From the NCBI GenBank assembly GCA_963664115.2, contig CAXWPJ010000009.1:192001-256000 (forward strand): 64,000 nt of DNA, read 5' to 3'. The DNA is from Terriglobia bacterium (GTDB lineage Bacteria; Acidobacteriota; Terriglobia; 20CM-2-55-15). The position numbers and the translations under genes are program-made. The notes beneath the pieces are model-generated. The model saw nothing but the letters and a program-made list of their open reading frames with translations, was not told the origin of the DNA and searched no databases. This document shows, piece by piece, positions 59,737-64,000 of the stretch (position 1 is the first letter of the stretch; every line of letters begins with the position of its first letter).

Positions 59737-59953
59737 TGCTTACTATAGGGCTCCTACCGGCAACGAATCTTCCCTCGGCCAAAGCCACACATGCTAGCAT
59801 ACACTCGAAGGGTTCCCGGCCCTTGATGGCTCCCTGGATCGTCACCGAGTAACGAATCAATATATGCGGAAGTTGTGTCGGCAAGGGGAATGTGAAGGAC
59901 CTGTGATGCGATCCTTTTCGTCCCGGCCCAAGCCGCCCGGGAAGAACTCGATA

Positions 59954-61438
59954 ATGAAAGTTAAACGTTTTCCCGCCTTATTGTTAGTGATGCTCGTGGG
60001 CTGCGCCTCCTCCGGCCCCGAGTCGCAACTCATCAGCAATACGGTAGCGGCCCTTGGCGGAGCGGACGCCATAAAGGCCGTCAACACGCTCGTGTTGGAA
60101 GGCACGGGAGATGCATATAATCTTGGCCAGAACTCCAGGCCGGACGCTGAACTTCCTCGATTCGAGGTAGCGAAATACCGGAAGGCAATCGACTTCTCCA
60201 ACAAGCAGTGGCGGCAGGAACTCGTCCGCATCCCACGCTACGTCAGCCCCAACACCAACCCACAGACCCGGATTTCAGCCGTCGACAACGGTATTGGATT
60301 CGACATCGCGGTCGATGGGAGCATGAGCCGCCAGTCCCAGCTCGATAGTCGGGCCCGGCACACCGAGCTGTACCACCATCCGATAGGCGTCCTCCAGGTG
60401 GCGCTCGACCCGGCCAGCCAGATCTCAAATCTGCGAGTAGTAGGCGCAGAGCAGAGCGTGCGTATTGTCGCTTCCGACGGCACAGAGCTGACGCTCTACG
60501 TCAACCCGGTAACAGGACTGCCTTCCAGGGTTCAGTCGATGGCGTACTACACCCGCCATCTGGGCGACGTCTTTATCGAAACCCAATTTGGAGGATATGA
60601 AAATGTGGATGGCTTGCAACTGCCAACGACTCTGACTTCGATGCTGGATCGCTTTGAATTACTGTCGGTCACGGTATCGAATAGCGTCAACGGCGATACC
60701 GGCAGTCTCGAGGCTCCAGATGAAGTGAAGTCCCGGTCGATGCCTGTCCCCAGAGCAATCGTGGAGGTTGAGGAAGTCGGGCAGGGCCTATGGTATCTGA
60801 CGGGACAGTCCCACCACAGCCTCGTGGTTGAATTCGAAGACCACATGACTTTAATCGAAGCACCTCAGGGTGACATCAGGACCCTAGCCGTCATTGACGC
60901 GGCCCGCTCTCTCAACCCGGAAAAGCCTCTGACTGAAGTGATCAACACGCATCACCATTTCGATCACTCCGGTGGCATACGGGCCGCCGTATCGGAAGGA
61001 TTGACAGTCATTACTCACGAACTCAACCGGAACTTTTATCAAAATTCTGTTTCGCGTTCACACCGGCTCACACCGGACGCTCTCGCGAGAAATCCTCAGG
61101 CAATTCAAATCCAGACCGTAAGTGAGCCATACGAGATAAGCGACGCTTTGCGAACTGTTCAAATATTTCCGATCACCGGGAGCCCCCACGCCGATACTCT
61201 CTTAATGGTCTATCTTCCGGCGGAGAGGGCCCTTGTCGTCGCAGACGTGTACTCGACACCCAATCCGAGCGCGGCGAACCCACGCTTTCCGCACGTCGCC
61301 AACTTGATTGAGAACATCCAGAACTACAACCTCCGTGTAGATCGCGTATTGCCGATCCACGGACGATCCGAGCCGTTCTCGAGCGTCACTCGCGCGGCTC
61401 AGGCGGAGGCCCGGGCGACGGCCGCGCAGCCAGAATAA
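59954..61438 (+). CDS. Lipoprotein with C-terminal MBL-fold hydrolase domain (paralog of 32508..34085)
   Basis: Lipobox LVGC, THHHFDHSGG, PH, AD, PIHG. Confidence 0.9.
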   Translation: MKVKRFPALLLVMLVGCASSGPESQLISNTVAALGGADAIKAVNTLVLEGTGDAYNLGQNSRPDAELPRFEVAKYRKAIDFSNKQWRQELVRIPRYVSPNTNPQTRISAVDNGIGFDIAVDGSMSRQSQLDSRARHTELYHHPIGVLQVALDPASQISNLRVVGAEQSVRIVASDGTELTLYVNPVTGLPSRVQSMAYYTRHLGDVFIETQFGGYENVDGLQLPTTLTSMLDRFELLSVTVSNSVNGDTGSLEAPDEVKSRSMPVPRAIVEVEEVGQGLWYLTGQSHHSLVVEFEDHMTLIEAPQGDIRTLAVIDAARSLNPEKPLTEVINTHHHFDHSGGIRAAVSEGLTVITHELNRNFYQNSVSRSHRLTPDALARNPQAIQIQTVSEPYEISDALRTVQIFPITGSPHADTLLMVYLPAERALVVADVYSTPNPSAANPRFPHVANLIENIQNYNLRVDRVLPIHGRSEPFSSVTRAAQAEARATAAQPE

Positions 61439-61441
61439 AGA

Positions 61442-61484
61442 GATGGACATTTGAGAATCGAAATTCGACTCTGAAGTGTCCGCC
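61442..61484. repeat. Degenerate GGACA inverted-repeat element, copy 3
   Basis: GATGGACATTT ... AAGTGTCCGCC. The right arm continues CCCTAAA like copy 1. Confidence 0.55.
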
Positions 61485-61498
61485 CCCTAAACCCAGCC

Positions 61499-62764
61499 AT
61501 GGCCGATACCACGACAGGCGCTGCACGGAAGTTCGGGTTGGCGACATTAATAGGCCCCGGCATGATGGTGGCCGCGACGGGGGTCGGTGCAGGAGACCTG
61601 GCCGCAGCGACCGTCGGCGGAGCCAGGTTTGGTCTCGTCTTAATTTGGGCCATCGTTCTGGGCGCCTTCTTTAAATTCGTTCTCAACGAAGGGCTCGCAC
61701 GCTGGCAGCTCGCCACTGACAAAACAATTCTGGAAGGCTGGGCCGAATATCTTCCACGTTGGGTTCAGGTCTATTTTGGCGCCTACCTGCTCATCTGGAC
61801 AGTAGCCGTAAGCGTCGCCATGGCCAACGCGTGCGGATTAGGGATTTCCAACCTGACAGGCGGCGCGATCCCCACTTCCTGGGGAGCGGTAATCCATAGT
61901 CTGCTAGGTGGCGTGCTGGTATGGATGGGCGGCTTCCGCGGTTTCGAAAAACTAATGCGGGCACTGATTGCCGTCATGGTCGTCAGTATTGTCGCCTGTG
62001 CAGTGCTTACGTTCCAGGATTTGAGCGGTGTCGTCCGCGGCCTTTTTGTTCCGACCATTCCTTCCGGTAGCACAACTTCCCTGCTGGCTCTGATCGGCGG
62101 CGTCGGCGGCACGATCACGGTTATCAACTACAACTACTGGATGCGGGAAGAAAAGATCAGCGGCGCCGGTTCCTTGCGGTATGTACGGATCGACCTGCTC
62201 ATCGCATACACGGTGACCGCGGTGCTGGCCATCGCAGTTCTTATGATGGCCAATCGCGCTTTCTTCACGAGCGGCGTTGAATTGAACAGCGCCACGGCTG
62301 TGCCACAAATGGCAGCGATGCTTGGCTCAACTGTCGGAGGGTTGGGATCGCTGGCCTATTCGATCGGTTTCTGGGGAGCGACGGCATCGTCTTTACTCGG
62401 AGTGTGGCAGGGCGTTCCGTATATGTTCGCGGACATTTACGGAATAGTTCGCAAGTATCCGAAAGACGTGCGCGACCGACTCAAACAGGTTACGAGCACT
62501 CCGTACCGGATCGCACTCGCCGCTATGACGTTGATACCTATCCCTTTCGCTTTTCTCAACAGGCCGCTCTTACTGATTATCACCTACACAATTATCGGCA
62601 GCTTTTTCTTCCCGTTTCTGTCGGCGACGCTGCTGTACCTGAACAACAAGATCGCCTGGAACTCTCCAGTTCAAAAAAACGGATGGGCCACGAACGCTGT
62701 TCTCGTGATGGTCCTGGTTTTCTTCGCCGTCATCGCCGTGCAGGATATTGTCAACGCGTTCTAG
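61499..62764 (+). CDS. NRAMP/APC-superfamily transporter
   Basis: IGPGMMVAATGVGAGDL, about 11 TM helices. Confidence 0.85.
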   Translation: MADTTTGAARKFGLATLIGPGMMVAATGVGAGDLAAATVGGARFGLVLIWAIVLGAFFKFVLNEGLARWQLATDKTILEGWAEYLPRWVQVYFGAYLLIWTVAVSVAMANACGLGISNLTGGAIPTSWGAVIHSLLGGVLVWMGGFRGFEKLMRALIAVMVVSIVACAVLTFQDLSGVVRGLFVPTIPSGSTTSLLALIGGVGGTITVINYNYWMREEKISGAGSLRYVRIDLLIAYTVTAVLAIAVLMMANRAFFTSGVELNSATAVPQMAAMLGSTVGGLGSLAYSIGFWGATASSLLGVWQGVPYMFADIYGIVRKYPKDVRDRLKQVTSTPYRIALAAMTLIPIPFAFLNRPLLLIITYTIIGSFFFPFLSATLLYLNNKIAWNSPVQKNGWATNAVLVMVLVFFAVIAVQDIVNAF

Positions 62765-62801
62765 AGGCTTGCGTTAGAAGGATGAAGCCGGCCCCAAAAC
62801 A

Positions 62802-62826
62802 ACCCGCACCGGTCCGACGGTGCGGG
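62802..62826. terminator. GC-rich hairpin between convergent genes
   Basis: CCCGCACCG-GTCCGA-CGGTGCGGG. No clear U-tract. Confidence 0.5.
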
Positions 62827-62955
62827 TGGACGGCTTTCAGAATGAAGAGGCGGCAGCCGAGGCTTCAGAGTAATAAGAAGACGATCGGTTCAAACCATGA
62901 CAAATTACTATGCAACGAACTTCTAACTCATGACAGTGACCTTCAGACTCTACCG

Positions 62956-63861
62956 CTAGAGCCCTTTTGAGGCCAGAAACTCGCTGACAACGACACTCAC
63001 GTTTTCCCGTTCGCCATCGACGCGGTAATTCAGCTGTCGCATTTCCTCTTCAGAAATGAGACCGCCCAAGAGCCCGAGGGCCTCTCTAACTTCGGGATGC
63101 TGGTCCAGAGTTTCCTGCCGAACGATGGGTACTGCGTCATAAGGCGGGAAATACTGACGATCGTCTGTGAGCATCGCCAAATCCAACACGTCGATCAATC
63201 CATCAGTTGAGTTTCCGGCGATCAGATCGACCTGCCCTCCGGCAAGAGCCTGGTATGTGAGACCCAGTTCCATTACGCGCGGCGTATCCGGGAATCCAAG
63301 ATCGTAGGTTTCGGCCAATCCCGGATAGCCGTCAGCTCGCTGAGCGAATTCGTAGCCGAAAGCTGCGATCCAGTCTGATGTATACCCAGCAGCATCAGAG
63401 ATGTTTTCGAGGTCAAGCCTGCGGGCGTCTTCTCCGCGGACGAGAATCGCGAACGTATTGTTGAACCCGAGCGGCTCCATCCACTCCACGTCAAATTCCT
63501 CGCGATAGGCTTGTCGAACTCGTGCAAGCACCGTGTCGGGGTCAGTCGAAGGCGTCTCTTCCAGGATCGCAGCCAAAGCGGTTCCGGTGTATTCGACGTA
63601 CATGTCGAGCTGACCCGCGATCAAGCCCTGGTGGCACACGAAAGAGCCCCCTAGATTCAACCGTCTCTCTACGTTCAATTCCGTCTGATTCTCCAAATGC
63701 TGGGCGATCAGTTCTCCCAGGATGATCTGCTCGGTGAAGTTCTTCGAACCAATAACGATTCGATTCGGGTCCGAACAGCCCGGGAGCAGAGTTAACACGA
63801 CAAAGATCAGTAGAATTCGAGGTGGCAGCGTCGGCCACCATCGGAAAATTCCTTGACTCAA
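62956..63861 (-). CDS. Osmoprotectant (glycine betaine/choline) ABC transporter substrate-binding lipoprotein
   Basis: IGSKNFTEQ, YVEYTGT, GFNNTFA, STDG, FPPY. Confidence 0.93.
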   Translation of the reverse strand: MSQGIFRWWPTLPPRILLIFVVLTLLPGCSDPNRIVIGSKNFTEQIILGELIAQHLENQTELNVERRLNLGGSFVCHQGLIAGQLDMYVEYTGTALAAILEETPSTDPDTVLARVRQAYREEFDVEWMEPLGFNNTFAILVRGEDARRLDLENISDAAGYTSDWIAAFGYEFAQRADGYPGLAETYDLGFPDTPRVMELGLTYQALAGGQVDLIAGNSTDGLIDVLDLAMLTDDRQYFPPYDAVPIVRQETLDQHPEVREALGLLGGLISEEEMRQLNYRVDGERENVSVVVSEFLASKGL

Positions 63862-64000
63862 CTTTCACTCCCAGTGCGGTGCCAACTCCAATGTCGCTCG
63901 ACGCGGCCCAAAGCGAAGTCCGCGATCAGCGCCATCGCAGCGGCAGGAAGGGCCCCGACAAGAATCAATTGCGAATCGACCATCGAAACACCAATGAAGA
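63858..64000 (-). CDS. Osmoprotectant ABC permease, C-terminal part
   Basis: FIGVSMVDSQLILVGALPAAAMALIADF...ER. Stop overlaps the SBP start. Confidence 0.85.
   Translation of the reverse strand, partial: FIGVSMVDSQLILVGALPAAAMALIADFALGRVERHWSWHRTGSES

Noticed and set aside
1-64000. CRISPR array, cas genes, rRNA, intact tRNA, integrase, reverse transcriptase or recognisable defence system
   Set aside because: No regularly spaced repeat-spacer array or diagnostic motifs were seen by eye.

Overview
GC-rich bacterial chromosomal window. The gene repertoire suggests Acidobacteriota, but this is inference. The first ~10 kb is a decayed accessory region. It holds a 5'-half tRNA-Ser(TGA) flanked by att-like signals, five IS elements (IS630 x2, IS1182-like, IS701, IS256), and a convergent Ser/Thr kinase / FHA-GAF-sigma54 activator pair in which both genes are IS-disrupted and can be rejoined in frame. 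A second IS cluster at 26.9-30.1 kb has an IS630 just upstream of an exported-protein gene and an IS1380 in the tail of a subtilase. Four IS families use CTAG-type targets. The rest is mostly housekeeping and envelope genes: msrB, pyrE, pckA, fabI, crcB, a LOG protein, an HDAC, an M16 peptidase pair, cyclic-nucleotide enzymes, a NYN-LOTUS protein, and transporters. The best candidate for an uncharacterised system is the cluster at 16.9-23.8 kb: tandem-DUF1538 membrane protein, two PII-like proteins, a cNMP-binding-domain cation/H+ antiporter and an AGCS symporter, preceded by a long leader hairpin. Other leads are a variable IS630 left end on otherwise identical copies, a GGA-rich sRNA candidate, three intergenic repeat families, and probable leaderless promoters. 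No CRISPR array, rRNA or intact tRNA was seen.
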